64,000 nucleotides of DNA, taken from NCBI GenBank assembly GCA_964234715.1, contig OZ174283.1. One strand, written 5' to 3'. The notes beneath the pieces are model-generated. The model worked only from the letters and a program-made list of their open reading frames with translations, did no database searches and had not been told where the DNA came from. This DNA comes from Podarcis melisellensis (lineage: Eukaryota). Made by a program: the position numbers and the translations under genes. Positions 1 to 13,264 of the stretch are shown in pieces. Position 1 is the stretch's first letter. Every line of letters begins with the position of its first letter.

Positions 1-1941
1 AGCTTTATCTCTTTTGGAAGCTGAGTTCTTTAGAAACAACAACAAAAAGATCTTCAGAACACCACTCTTTCCACCGACAGTTTTTGATTTATCTGTATTC
101 TTCACACTATGAGGAGAGCTAACATAAATGATAGCTATCTGGTGACCAAAGCAATAACTTTGTGTGGAATGGTTTTTTTATTTTTATTTTTGCAGTGTGT
201 GTGGGGGGTGTGTGTGGAATCTAGTGGTCTTTACTAACTTTGTGTGCTGAGGAAGAAGATAATGCTCTATATTACAACATTTTTTATTTTTAAAAGACCC
301 AACGCCCCCCCCCCCCAACAAAAAAGCCACATGAGAGAAACATGATTTACCACAGACTGCAAAAATCTCTCTGGTATTCACTTGGTTTCAGTGAAACTGA
401 TTTCTAAGTAAGGCTGTGTACACATTACCATAGAATTGTAGAGTTGAAAGGTATCCCAAGATTCATCTAGTTGAAATCTCAATATATAGTCCTCCATCCA
501 GTTTGAAACCGTAGCAGACCCTGTTTAGCTTTGCAAATATGCTAGCAGTTTTATTGCTGCACCACTAGGAGGACTAGTGCACCCTCATAACTGGTGTTTG
601 AAGCTTAGCACACAATATGCTAGTCACAATCTATGGGTATCCTTTAGTTTCTTGAGAAACTAAAGATCCAGACCCACTGGATACATTCCATCAACATTGG
701 GCTTGTGGAATAATGAACTGATCCTGGGACCCAATGTCATGCCAGCCCTTACCCTGCCTGCTGCTGTCAACAAAGATTTGGCTTGATTTTTTCCCATCAC
801 CATTGTACAATCTTGTTATTTTGCTGCTCCCATGGGTCACATAATGCGCCTGCCTGGACAATGGCAATTTTTTCAAAGACAGGGTTAATTCTGAGGAAGC
901 TGAAGGCATAATTTCCAAGCAATCTATTTCACAGAAAGCCTACAGTAACTGAAATTTAACTGGGGAGTTCATTAAACAACATTGCTTAATTGTTGTTGTT
1001 TGATATGCTACTGAAGCGGTTGAATCCCAGCAAGGCCCGAGGACATGGAAAGGTATGAAAGTATGGCCATTTAAATGAGGGGAAGCTTGGCCAGATGGAG
1101 TCAGTGAAAGCAGCCTTTTACTTAGATTGACAGTTGTAAATGTAGCATGAAGATTAAAGTAATGAGCTCCACATACAGCATGGCCTGTAAAAGGTCGGAA
1201 TTCACTTTGGAATGTGTGGTTGTTTTTATGTATTTAGCATGACAAAAGAAACTGGGTCTCGCCTCCCCTGGCCCATCCCACAAAAATATTCCTGCTTATA
1301 TGGTTAAACTTTTATTTCACTTTTAAAAAATCACCTGCTTTCTTGTCACCATGGTAATCTCCTTATTTACAAGATTGGAACTCAGCTCTTGCAATGGAGT
1401 TTTTCCTCATTCCTCCTTCTCATTCTACAGTCCCCTGCACCCCCTGAAAAACTACTCCATCTACTACCAAGCCATGTTCAAAGTCTTTGCATTAATCTAC
1501 CTGAACAACTTAGTTCAGGGATCTCCTGAACTTTTATATTTCCTATTTCTCAAACGTTTTCTTACCTCTACAAAAGAAACTTCGGTTTGTACGCCTCATA
1601 CACAAGGTGCTTTAGAATTTAATTATAATTTTAAGGGCTTGGAGTCTGAGATTACCTTATCATTGCAAGAGTGGAATGTGCCTTTTTCTTTTCATTACAT
1701 TTCCCTTGTGCTCTTCAGCCTCCCTGGCTGCCCACACTCCCTAATGTGAAAAAAGCCTCATGGGAGGAGTTAAATGATTTTTAAATGATTTGTGGGAAGG
1801 TCTATCTGTTGAGCACCTGAGATTGGTGGGTATGCTAACTGGTTTTTAAGGGAAGTCCTTCCTCTTTACCTTTTTAATACATATTTACACAACATATAAA
1901 TAAGTAAGTAAACTTTTTGATATGTCTCAGCCGTTAGGAGT

Positions 1942-1942
<1 letters not shown>

Positions 1943-1994
<52 letters not shown>

Positions 1995-2301
1995 TTATTA
2001 CTTATACCCCGCACATCTTGCCAGGGCCCCCATCAGAATATTAAAAACACGATAAAACATCAAATATTAAAACCTTCCCTAAACAGGGCTGCCTTCAGAT
2101 GTCTTCTAAAAGTCAGATACTGTAGTTGTTTATTTCCTTGACATCTGATGGGAAGGGGTTCCACAGGGTGGGCACCACTACTGAAAAGGCCTTCTGCCTG
2201 GTTCCCTGTAACTTTTCTTCTCGCAGTGAGGCCCTTGGTGCTGAACCTCAGTGTCTGGGCTGAGCGACAGGGGTGAAGACGCTCCTTCAGGTATACTGGG
2301 C
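1943..2301 (-). mobile_element. L2 LINE 3' fragment with (TTA)n tail
   Basis: Reverse-complement similarity to the 3' end of the L2 at 20580-21461. (TAA)n at 1943-1993. Confidence 0.85.
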
Positions 2302-3579
2302 TTTACACTTTAAAAGTGAAAAGTCTGTACTAAAAATACACACACAGGTGTCAGGTACAGAGTAGGTAGCCTCTGACCTCCTGTGTTCACAGAACAGCCA
2401 AGGTGGCAATAAAATGGGGAGGGTGAAGAATGCAGACCACCAGGAATGTGATTTGCAAATTGAAAGAAAGCTTTTGATAATTTCACCATATTTTCTCTCA
2501 CTTTTGATTATTTTTCAATGCAATTTCTTTTATTATTAAGGCTTAGAAAAATAATTTAAAACGTGGAACAATTTTTTGACTGAGTACTAATGTATAGAAC
2601 ATTTTATGAGAAGACATGAGCGCTTACGGACTGCGTTGTCCAAGACATTGTCTTTCTGACCATTCATCTTGAAGACGTCCCTTTGATCAACATGAAGAGC
2701 ATTCTGAGTATTTCTAAATGATGTCAAAAATGCCATAATGTCTCAATACAGTTATTACTGGTTTTCTTTCTTATTCAGCATGTGCCATTGACCTAGGCAC
2801 AACACATGAAAGGTAAGCACAGAGCAATTTGGTATAATTAAGTGCATTTTATTCATACCACTAGGAAAGACCATCTGGTGGTAAATCCTGCCAAGTTAGT
2901 CAACCATCACTTTAAAATGAGTGCCACCTGTATGCAAAACATAATGGGCCATTTGCCACATAGCTCTTTTTTCAAGGATGCCTGACTTCTTCCTGGTTTC
3001 TCATGAATTTCTTTTTTTATGTATGCCTCAATCTTTATGCTACACACAAGCAATCCCAACTTTGGCCTTGTCTGGAATTTTCATTAGATATCAAAGCAGT
3101 TTAACTGCAGAGATAAATAAAAGGAAGCTGTCTGGTTTGGTTTTTGTCAAAATTAGAACTAGTGAGGCAGATTTTGATCCATTCTAAACTTTGACTCAGA
3201 AGTATAAGAGAATTATGGTTGCCAGGTCTATGAATCAGCAAAAGAAAGTTAACTTACTCTTAAGGTTACAACTAGAGCTGTCACACAATTAAATATATGT
3301 TGGTCAATTAATCACCAGGGTTTTAGCTAATTACTCAATTAGGTGATTGGCTGAATTTGCATGTAAATTCTATATTTATAATGAAAATAGACATTTTTAT
3401 TTTATGACATTTTCTAGGAAGGCTAAAACACCCACCGTGGGGTTTTAAAAAAGCATTTTAAAACTAGAAACTGGAAGTCCCATGATAATTCTCAATTAAG
3501 GAGTGTAAGAAATAACCAACTCATTATAGCAAAGCCTAAGACCCATTTGGTGTGGGGTTAGGACTGTTGCCTAAATTAC

Positions 3580-4200
3580 TGACCACTGTAGTCCATGTAA
3601 TCTTGAGACTCAATCACTGCAATGAATTGTGTTTGGAGCAGCCTTTGGGCCTGGTTCAGAAGGTCCAGCTGGTACAGAATGTGGCAGTCAGACAGCCTAT
3701 GGGGGGATTTGGCTGAGAGCATGTGGCACTATTGCTAAAACATTTGCACTGCCCGCTCCATCTCAAACCAGGTTCAAGGTCCTTGTATGAATTTTAAAAG
3801 CCTTGAACAACTTTGGTCCAGGGTACCTTAGGGACTTTCTGAACCCTTATATCCCAGGTAAGTCATAGAGATAATCTTCAAGAACAACGTTGGTCATCAC
3901 TTGAGTTGGTGAGGAACATTTGATAAAATTAAGACGCCAAGCCTACAGCGTCATCGGCCCAGTGTTGTGGAATACTCTACCAATGGAGATTCATCCTCAT
4001 CTTCTGTTTCAACTTTTACATGCTGGCTGAAAACTTTTCTATTGTGTCAGGCCTATGAAGACAATTAAGAATACATATTTCCACAACAGTTGACTGACTT
4101 CCGATTTTAACTTTTTAATATTGTTTTTATTGAATGGTTTTATGTATTATTGTTACAATCCACTCTGATATTCTATTACAAATAGAAGTATATAAATATT
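3580..4200 (+). mobile_element. Degenerate L2 LINE 3' portion
   Basis: Decayed coding remnants resembling QKVQLVQN, KHLH and FKALNNFGPGYL, followed by an AT-rich 3' UTR. Boundaries approximate. Confidence 0.7.
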
Positions 4201-4747
4201 TTTAAAGTAAATTTGTAGCCAAGCAGCCTAAGAGAGTGAGCTGTCTGCATGATGGCAAATGTTAAAAGAAGTGCAAAAGGAAAAGCACACAGAGATGAAA
4301 CATGCTGCTGTTGCAAATGTTAAATTGCCCATTCTTTTTGCCAAGCACTCTTCAGCTGCTACTATTGCTACTACCACTGTGCCAGAGAAAGCCGTTTAGA
4401 TATTAAACTCCTCAAACAAAGCAGAGAATAGCTGAGAAAAAAGTATAACAACTGATCACTTCCTCTCCACAATCAGAATAAGAAGCAAAGCACCAGAAGA
4501 TAGATGCCCCCAAAACTGACCAGCAGGTGCTGTACTAAAGAATCAAGCAGTGGTAAGGAAGTCTGTTTTTATCAAAGCATAAGGTTTGATGTGAGGATAT
4601 TTCCACCCTAGAAATTCCAGAATTGATACCTGAGCCTCTTAAGTATGGAGAAAGTGTGTATGTTGGCCATAAACAGTGGCAAGAATACAGAAGAAACAAA
4701 AACACGGAGGCGGAGAATGAAACTGCATAGTGTTGTAAGAGCTGTCA

Positions 4748-4782
<35 letters not shown>

Positions 4783-5368
4783 TTTCTATACTTCAGGGTG
4801 GTTTACAATATAAAAACACAAAAATACATACCATAATAACAAACCAAAACCATACTGCCCCCCCTAGATTCTAAGTCATAAAAAAGGTAAACGGTACCCC
4901 TGCCCGTACGGGCCAGTCTTGACAGACTCTAGGGTTGTGCGCTCATCTCACTCAGAGGCCGGGACCCAGCGCTGTCCGCAGACACTTCCGGGTCACGTGG
5001 CCAGCGTGACGAAGCTGCTCCGGCAAACCGGCACCAGAGCAGCACACGGAACGCCGTTTACCTTCCCGCTATAAAGCGGTCCCTATTTATCTACTTGCAC
5101 CCGGGGGGTGCTTTCGAACTGCTAGAATGGCAGGTGCTGGGACCGAGCAACGGGGGCACACCCCGCCACGGGCATTCGAACCGCTGACCATGCGATCGGG
5201 AAGTCCTAGGCGCTGAGGTTTTACCCACAGCGCCACCCGCGTCCCCTAGATTATGGGTCATAGATTGTTTAATTAGCCAAAGGCCTGATAAAAGAGAAAT
5301 GTTTTTGCCTGTTGCCTAAAGATACGCAAAAAAGCCACCAGGTAAGCCTCCCTGAGGAGAGCATTCCA
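4748..5368 (-). mobile_element. L2 3' fragment with (TTA)n tail, interrupted by a Sauria SINE
   Basis: (AAT)n tail and L2 3'-end-like sequence on both sides of the SINE. Confidence 0.6.
4881..5245 (-). mobile_element. Sauria SINE (Squam1), lacertid-type, full length
   Basis: Minus strand begins GGGACGCGGGTGGCGCTGTGGG (A box), has a GGTTCGAATG B box and the CTAGCAGTTCGAAAGCAC core, and ends TTTACCTTT. CpG-rich. Imperfect 17-bp TSD. Confidence 0.92.
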
Positions 5369-5392
5369 AAAGAATATTATTGTTGAACATAA

Positions 5393-5856
5393 GGCTGCAT
5401 ATGATAGTTTATTCCATTTTCACAATGCTTCCCTAACTGTTAAGTTCTGTATTATATTTGAGCATTCACACAATGTAAAAGTTCTGCATTATATTTGAGC
5501 ATTCACACAATGCAAAAGCTACTTCTGGAACTATAGTGGAATATAATGCAAGCTAGTGAACATTTTTCTGTTACTTGCTTCCAGAAAATACCCATTTGCA
5601 AATAATACAGAAATGAGTGCTAAACTAGCTCTATATTCCATTATAGTTCCACTATATTCCACTATAGTTCTGGAAGTGACTTTTTAATTTTTTGTATATC
5701 GTATTATTATTTTATTGCTATGGCGAATGGCTGACGCAAATAAAGATTCATTCATTCTGTGAGTGACTTCTATATCATGTGAAAGCTCAAATATAACATG
5801 GAAATTAATAGTTAGGGAAATGTAAAATGGAATAAACTATCATGTGAATGCAGCTT
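5393..5856. mobile_element. Long imperfect palindromic MITE (PIF/Harbinger-like termini)
   Basis: Left GGCTGCAT..ATGATAGTTTATTCCATTTT mirrors right AAAATGGAATAAACTATCATGTGAATGCAGC. Inner arms GAACTATAGTGGAATATA / TATATTCCACTATAGTTC. TAA at the left flank. Confidence 0.7.
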
Positions 5857-8278
5857 TGGTGCTGGGTTATGTTAAATAATATTTAAAGCTGAAATACATT
5901 TATTGTAGTAAGGATTGTGGTATAGTTTTTTTGCTTCAGAAAATGCATGCAAACCTGAGCAGTTTATGGAGAAAATGTATGGGGGGAAATTAAAATTCTA
6001 GGAGTCAGTTGATAAAGGCTGCTGATATTTTCACTGAGACTTGTGAAGGCTAGTATAAGATATTTGGCGTGACTTGAAGAGGCAAGCAAGAAACCTTGTA
6101 AAATGAATAACATAATAAATTACAGAAGAGAAAATGAATGTTAAATGACTGAGAAAATTTGACTGACAAACATGTGGAGCATTAATGAAAGACAAATGAA
6201 TCTGAACTGTGCTGTATTATCTCAGAGAGAACAAAGAACAAAGGGACAATGGCCTTACACTGTGTAAACACCTCACATCATCTTAAAAAACCCACATGGA
6301 CCACATTAAAGTTTAGGTTAGCATTGATCATTTGCAATAGCAAATGTTAATTAACTGCCTCTTTAGTTTTGAGAATTCCCTCTCTTCTGGGTGAATACAT
6401 GTCCACTACTTTGAATCTTCTTGAATAAATGCATATTTTAATTTATTTAAGCTTGTGAGAATACACCAGGGGCATTTACCTGCCAATGGAATTAGACAAA
6501 AAACACAATAAACCAGCCAGTTTCTAAAGAAAAAGGAAAAAGGTCTGTACGTGTGGTGAAAGTGGTTTAAAGCCATTAGGATGAATTATGATATGTTCTT
6601 ATTGGACGATTAGCTTGGTATTTATCAGGGAGGTGGTCTGCTAGGGAAGGCACTCTGCTACTTATTTTGGCCCCAAATTGCTTTGTATGAACATAAGGAG
6701 GAAGTTTTCATGACTAACCTCCATACATTAAATATAGCATCTGAAGAACCCTTGGACATACAACATGGAGGACTCTCTCTATACAATTCCATCACTGGCT
6801 GAGAGAATTTCAGCTGCTTAGTCTTACTCCCTTATCATTGGGCTCTGCCTGAATCATCCTGACACTATAGGGGTAACATGTTATTTCTGTTCCTGATCTC
6901 AGACTTGAGTGTGATTTTTCGTCTGAGAATCTTTTGTAAGGTAAGCCTCTCTGAGAGTCTCCTGGGGCTATAAAAGAGAATATAAGCATTCTTAACAGAT
7001 AATAACAGATCCTCCATTTTTCAGGTTCTTCAATAGCACTGGTGCTCTTTCAAACTTTAACTTAAATCTATGGGAGAATGTGTGAATTTGCTCCCTGGAT
7101 TCATGCACTAATGCAACTATAAAGCATCTGAGGACAATAGAACTAGTGACATTGTTCTTTGCATTCTGGGCATATACAGTTCATGCCCTGAACAACAGTT
7201 TTACATGATCTGGGATTAAGAGCCTGCATAGCTAAACAAAAACAAAATGTATGGTACCCAAGTCTTATTTCAAAATATCATTAAAAAAAAGTATTTCTTT
7301 ACCATTTACATTAGCTTATATTCATTTAATCAATATGGACTTAGCCTATTTCATCTTGTCAGGTTGATTTTTTGAGGGGATTCATAACAAAACAGTAAGA
7401 TTCACAACAGAATTCTAAAAAGGCACAGGGCAGAAGCTTCAATACCTCATATATACATACACACACAAAGAATTAAGAAATAAATCTCAGAGAAATGATT
7501 TCATGACAGCAACAAGCTTTAGTTGAACTTTTTTATCTTATTCTCAATGTCATACTGAGAGGACTGTAGGCGTGCCTGGTGCTTTCATTTGATCTCTTCC
7601 TTTAACTGAACACATCTATCAAAAGTATGAAATCAGCACACAGCTATCAGAGTCTTAATCTTGGTTGAAAGGAAGAAAGCCATTTTGTGAAAAACCAGGT
7701 AGTAACATTCTGAGCTCCACTGCAGTTTCATGTAACTACAATAACATGAAGGTGGTACATATATTTGGACAAAGATGATTATCTACAGCTATACTCCAAT
7801 GTGCTCATTGCATACAAAATCATACCTTTTTAAAAAATTAATAAATGGAAGTGTGTGTGACCGTTAGCTACCACACTGACACAGCAGCCCAGATCAACTG
7901 CACAGCTGCCACTGATGGTGAGCCTAAGTTTTGATCAGGTTTGGTTTTCCCCAGAACAGGTCAATGAAGAGTTGTTAATGGTTAATTATGTGGCATCTGT
8001 TTTCCAGACCCAGTCCCAGGACAAGTGGCATAGCCACAGGGAGGAGGAAGCAATGAACAGTGAGAGTGCACACAAAACCAGGTGAATTTTAAACAGGCAA
8101 ATAAATAGGGCCATAGCTCAGGGGTAAGGCATCTACTTTGCATGAAGAAGTTTACAGGTTGAATCTCCATTATCACCCAGCAGATCTGGGAGAGAACTGT
8201 GCCTGAGGTCCTCGAGAGCTGCTGCTATCGTGGGTAGATAGAGCAATGGTCTCACTCATCATAAGGCAACTCCCTATG

Positions 8279-8579
8279 CAGGGGCATAGGAAGGGGGGCA
8301 GTGGGGGCAGTTCGCCCTGGGTGTCATCCCTGAGAGGGGTGAGAAAATCCCCCCGTGGATCGCCACCACGCCAATCGGCCCCCTCGGGAGGATCACCACA
8401 GTGCCAATTGCCTCCCTGGGTGGATTGCCACCATGCCAATCTCCCCCCCCCTCGGGCGAATCACTGTTTTGTGAATCACCCCCCTGGGTGGATCACCCTG
8501 CCCCTGTGGGTGGATCGCCCTGCCCCGGTGCATGGCATGCGCGCCGCTCTGAGTACCCGAGTGGCTAGCTCCACCGCTG
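8279..8579. mobile_element. GC-rich hAT MITE (family A)
   Basis: CAGGGGCATAGG...CTCCACCGCTG termini. Perfect 8-bp TSD TCCCTATG. Confidence 0.85.
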
Positions 8580-9773
8580 TCCCTATGCCTCTATTTTCTG
8601 TAAAAATCCATTGCTTAGCCCTGGGAAATAGAACTGGTGGAAGGTTTTCATCAATCCTGTTGGCAATCTTTGGTGAAATTTGTCCACTCTCAATTTATGT
8701 ATATTGTTCAATCTCCATTGATTGATTTATTGTGATTCAGAAAGGTTTAGCTGTGCAGACTCAATTATTCAGTTGCTTAATGAAATGGAAACTTAGTATT
8801 ATAAATCCATACCTTTACTTGTATTAGTATCTTGGGGAGAAATGTATGTGCTGCTGATGAACTGAAGATGGTCATTACAAATGAGGTTCAGTATTTCCTG
8901 GGTGCCTAGGATGCAACTACTGTATATTGTAGAAGGTTTGATGAACAGGCCAAGGAAAGTTTGTCACTTCTACTTATAATCTTGGAATCCATGAAGTCAG
9001 TTGCACTAGTCCACGATCCTGAGCACCCCCTTTCATTTTCATTGATGATATTCAAACTGGCATTATGACCAAGCTCCCAGAGATGAGCTCCATGGTACTT
9101 TAGACCTAAAATTGGACTTGTGGATCATGATCAAGATGCTCTTATCTTCAAGGCTCGTGTATTCTTTAGGGGATTTAGCATCAGATCATGGTTGATGTAG
9201 ATGTAGGCTGATGGATGGAATTAAATTGTAGTAATTGGAAAAAATAGGTTGAACTCTCTGTATCTAGGTCACTATTACCTTTTGTTTAATGAAAGAAGAG
9301 ACACACTGAATTTTAAAAACAAAATTCTGTCGCTAAAGCTCCACTATCCAGATCTCTATAACATCTTTAACATGTGCTTAACTGAATTACCCTCATGTAG
9401 GTCTATTCAGTTTAAGCAACAGAGATAATTGAATATGTTGGATGAAGCTCCCACAATCTTGATAAAAAGATCATGTGCTTTTAGGAACATGAGTGCAAAA
9501 TAACTGTCTGATTTAAAGTGAAAATTAAAGACACTTTTAAAAAGACATATCCTACTGTCTTGTTTCCTAGAGCATTTTAGTAACTACTTTTAAAAATTAC
9601 AGATAAATTAGACTGATGTTATGCCATTCTCCGATACACTCCTGTATGACATAAATTTATGTTCTTTGCTTTTTAATAAATGATTGATGCAGCTAATTTA
9701 GGATAAATTATTTTATTATTTTATGCCTGACAGCATTCCAGTTGCAATGATAGTAATGTCAAATGTTCAGATA

Positions 9774-10015
9774 CAGTGGTACCTTGGGTTACATACTCTT
9801 CAGGTTACAGACACTTCAGGTTATATACTCTGCTAACCCAGAAATAGTACCTCAGGTTAAGAACTTTGCTTCAGGATGAGAACAGAAATCGTGCTCTGGT
9901 GGTGCGGTGGCAGCGAGAGGCCCTATTAGCTAAAGTGGTGCTTCAGGTTAAGAACAGTTTCAGGTTAAGAATGGACCTCCAGAACGAATTAAGTTCTTAA
10001 CCCGAGGTACCACTG
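9774..10015. mobile_element. TcMar-Tigger-like MITE
   Basis: TIR CAGTGGTACCT(T/C)GGGTT. TA TSD. 242 bp. Four copies in the window. Confidence 0.9.
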
Positions 10016-10542
10016 TAATTTTTTATGGGCTTGTCCAGACATGCATGCAGCTCCAATTATGTTTCCCCACTGCCAAGAAGAGTCTGATTGGCTTTTGTTT
10101 TTATTTTGTTAGAAGTAAGAAACTGGATTTGGGGCTAGATTGGGAAAGGCAGTTTAGTTATTTATTTAATTTTTATTTATTTCAGCAATGTATGTATGTA
10201 TCCATTAAAATACTTTTTGCAGTATCTGAACATATTAAAGTATCCTCATAAGAAATCTTGGCTGCAGGAGCACAGAGAACTCACATTGCAATCTGTCCCC
10301 ATTATAATGGTTCTGTAACGTCATTCTTATTCTCTGTGACCTCCTAACATGATAGAACACATTTGTATAAAACTGGGGCTATATTGTGGCAAATCATCAA
10401 AAGGAGATTCAAATGGAGATCAAAGGCATGAACTTAGTCAATCTGTTGAATTTACCTTCTTAAAAAATGGACAGACATTTCAGGTTAGAGGACAACCTAG
10501 ATCAAAACTTTGCCAATGGTAGATTTATGTGATATATGTATA

Positions 10543-10829
10543 CAAGGCCAGCACAAGACTTACTGCTGTCTGAGGCTATGGAAAAGATGGAAAGCTCCCA
10601 TGTTCAGAAGCTGACTGCACTGGTAGTTGAATCTTGCCTCAACATCGAGTGCAGCAGGCTAGTGGAAGGGGATGCCCAACAGATCATATGGCACACATAG
10701 CAGTGTCTTCCAGCACAGTTGAACTGCCAGGGGGCTTAGAAGGAATGACTTGAGAGGCTGCCACCACTGTCACACAGATTTCAGGCTGAGTCAGTTGCCT
10801 CCCTCTGCCTAATGGCAGGGCCAGCCCTG
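10543..10829. mobile_element. Old hAT MITE (CAGGGCCGGC-type ends)
   Basis: CAAGGCCAGC...GCCAGCCCTG termini. GATATATG on both flanks (left copy offset by TATA). Confidence 0.55.
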
Positions 10830-11051
10830 GATATATGCTGTGCAATCCAAGCACATTTACTCACAAGAAGACCCAACTGAGTATCAGCCCCAGCCAGCAT
10901 GGACAAGAGCCAAAAATAATGGGAATCCATCATTATCTAGAGGGCCAAAGGTACTCCATCCCTATAATCATGTATCTACCTACTGGGGAGTACGTCCCAT
11001 TGAATTTGATTTATATCAGAGTATACATGTAAAATATCAGAGTAGACATGT

Positions 11052-11491
11052 TAACGCTATGGTTTTCCCAGTAGTGATGTATGGAAGTGAGAGCTGGACC
11101 ATAAAGAAGGCTGATCGCTGAAGAATTGATGCTTTTGAATTATGGTGCTGGAGGAGACTCTTGAGAGTCCCATGGACTATCAAACCTATCCATTCTTAAG
11201 GAAATCAGCCCTGAGTGGTCACTGGAAGGAGAGATCCTGAAGCTGAGGCTCCAATACTTTCGCCACCTCATGAGAAGAGAAGACTCCCTGGAAAAGACCC
11301 TGATGTAGGGAAAGATGGAGGGCACAAGGAGCAGGGGATGACAGAGGATGAGATGGTTGGACAGTGTTCTTGTAGCTACCAGCATGAGTTTGACCAAATT
11401 GTGGGAGGCAGTGGAAGACAGAAGTGCCTGGCGTGCTCTGGTCCATGGGGTCACAAAGAGTTGGACACGACTAAACGACTAAACAACAACA
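11052..11491 (+). mobile_element. BovB (RTE) LINE, 5'-truncated
   Basis: Translates to AMVFPVVMYGSESWTIKKADR. 3' end GACACGACTAAACGACTAAA(CAA)n. TSD AGACATGT (11044-11051, 11492-11499). Confidence 0.93.
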
Positions 11492-12395
11492 AGACATGTA
11501 TTAGCCTGCGCGCACACACATCTGCAGAAGTATTTTCTCCTTCAATTTGTGGCTGAAAAAAATTACTGATGCCATTAGATAAAAATATTATCTCATAGAG
11601 CCATATCTTTAATCTGGGACAAACTAGGGCATGATTAAAGCTTCAACATCCATTTGGTGGTGATAGACTGGTATATCCATCCCAGAGAAAATGGAATCAA
11701 TGAAATAAACAACCTATAAGCTTAAGCTCTCCATATATAATTTAAGACCCATTTGTTTCTGCCCTAGGTTTTGTGGGTAGCAGTTAACAGAATCTAAATC
11801 AATACATTCTCCTTCAGTTTACATGGCTTATAGAACTGCCATGACTTATTTACAGTACAGCGGGATTAGAAGATGATTAACATCTTATAAACTAAAAGGC
11901 ACGATGATAAATATTATGAATATTTGGCTGACTAATGTAATTAATGCAAAAGTGTCCTCTACTAATTTTAAGATGGCTTACCCTTAAGTAAAAGCCACAT
12001 ATCACATTTTATCCTCCTTTCTATAGCAATGGCAGGCTGAAATATATTTCCAGAGTATGTTTCAAAAGAAGACATTATTTTATAAAGAGTATAGAAAGAA
12101 AAGAGAATGTGCCTGAATTGTTGGGCTCTCCTTCACCACCCACTTTTCATTCTTCTGGCATCTTCACAACTGAGTGTGCTAAGAAATGTTACACACAAAG
12201 ATATGGACTGCGCATATTGGCTGGACCCCCTATCTGCAACAGGCTACTCACATCAGTTTGCATATCCATTTTGGAGCAGATGTGGTTGGAGATATGGTGG
12301 CAATAGTGCAACATCTGGCTGATATCTTCCAAAGCTCTCAGTGCTCACATTCCAGAGCCTATCAGGGTCCAAGGTGTTGGGATGCATGATGTGAG

Positions 12396-12848
12396 CAGTG
12401 GCGCAGGTAGCCACTCATTGTGCCCAGTGTGGCACACATGTCCTGCAGCCAGGGGCGGGATGAGCCACCCATGGAGGTGGGGCGTGCTGTGTGAAGCCTC
12501 TCTGCAGCCTCCTCCTCAGCTAAGGAAGAGGCGTTGAGCGGGCACAAACTCCACGCAGCCGTTTCAGGCAACGCCGAGTCTGTAGGCACTCAAGGCACCA
12601 CACCACTCCCAGGAGAGACATGTGGCTCGGGCATGCTGTAGGCCCCACATTAAGTGCCAGCCCCTGCAGTGTGGCGCCCAGAGTCAGCCATGTTTCATTG
12701 CGTTTGTTGACTGAACTAAAATGTTTCGTGAGCCCATTTTTTAACTTTTTATTTTTTAAACTCATATTTTTGTCATTTTGTCACTCCCCCCTTAGTGATG
12801 ACACCCAGGGCGGTCTGTACCCACTGCACCTCCCTTCCTCTGCCACTG
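12396..12848. mobile_element. GC-rich hAT MITE (family A)
   Basis: CAGTGGCGCAG...CCTCTGCCACTG termini. Perfect 8-bp TSD GATGTGAG. Subterminal similarity to the 8279 and 14087 copies. Confidence 0.85.
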
Positions 12849-13264
12849 GATGTGAGATATACAGGAGTGTAGGAAATGCACTTCTCCCTGCTTCTCTCTG
12901 CATTACAATCCCTAAGTGACTGAGAATACACAGATACCAAAACTTTAGACGTGCTGTTCTCTTTTTTAAAAATCACTTGCAGAGAAAACTTGTAATCAGT
13001 GACCCAAATACAATTTGAGCAGAGCAAACTTTGAACATCACTCTTTTGAACTGCAGAATAAACTACTTCTCCACTGCAGCCCCATGCCCCTCAAGACTGC
13101 TAACCGGTGAAGCTCCAGACACATTTTTGCAGGGGTAAACACATGTGGGAGGTATGTGTGTGTGTGTGGGGGGGGTAGGCTTGCAGTGGTAAAGTAGTGA
13201 GCAGAGGATAATTAAGCATAGAAGTGCATACATAAATGGACATTCGTCTAAACTAGCCTTAGAG

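Noticed and set aside
8173-8725. Pro/Gly-rich ORFs
   Set aside because: Arise from the GC-rich hAT MITE and cross its TSD boundaries.
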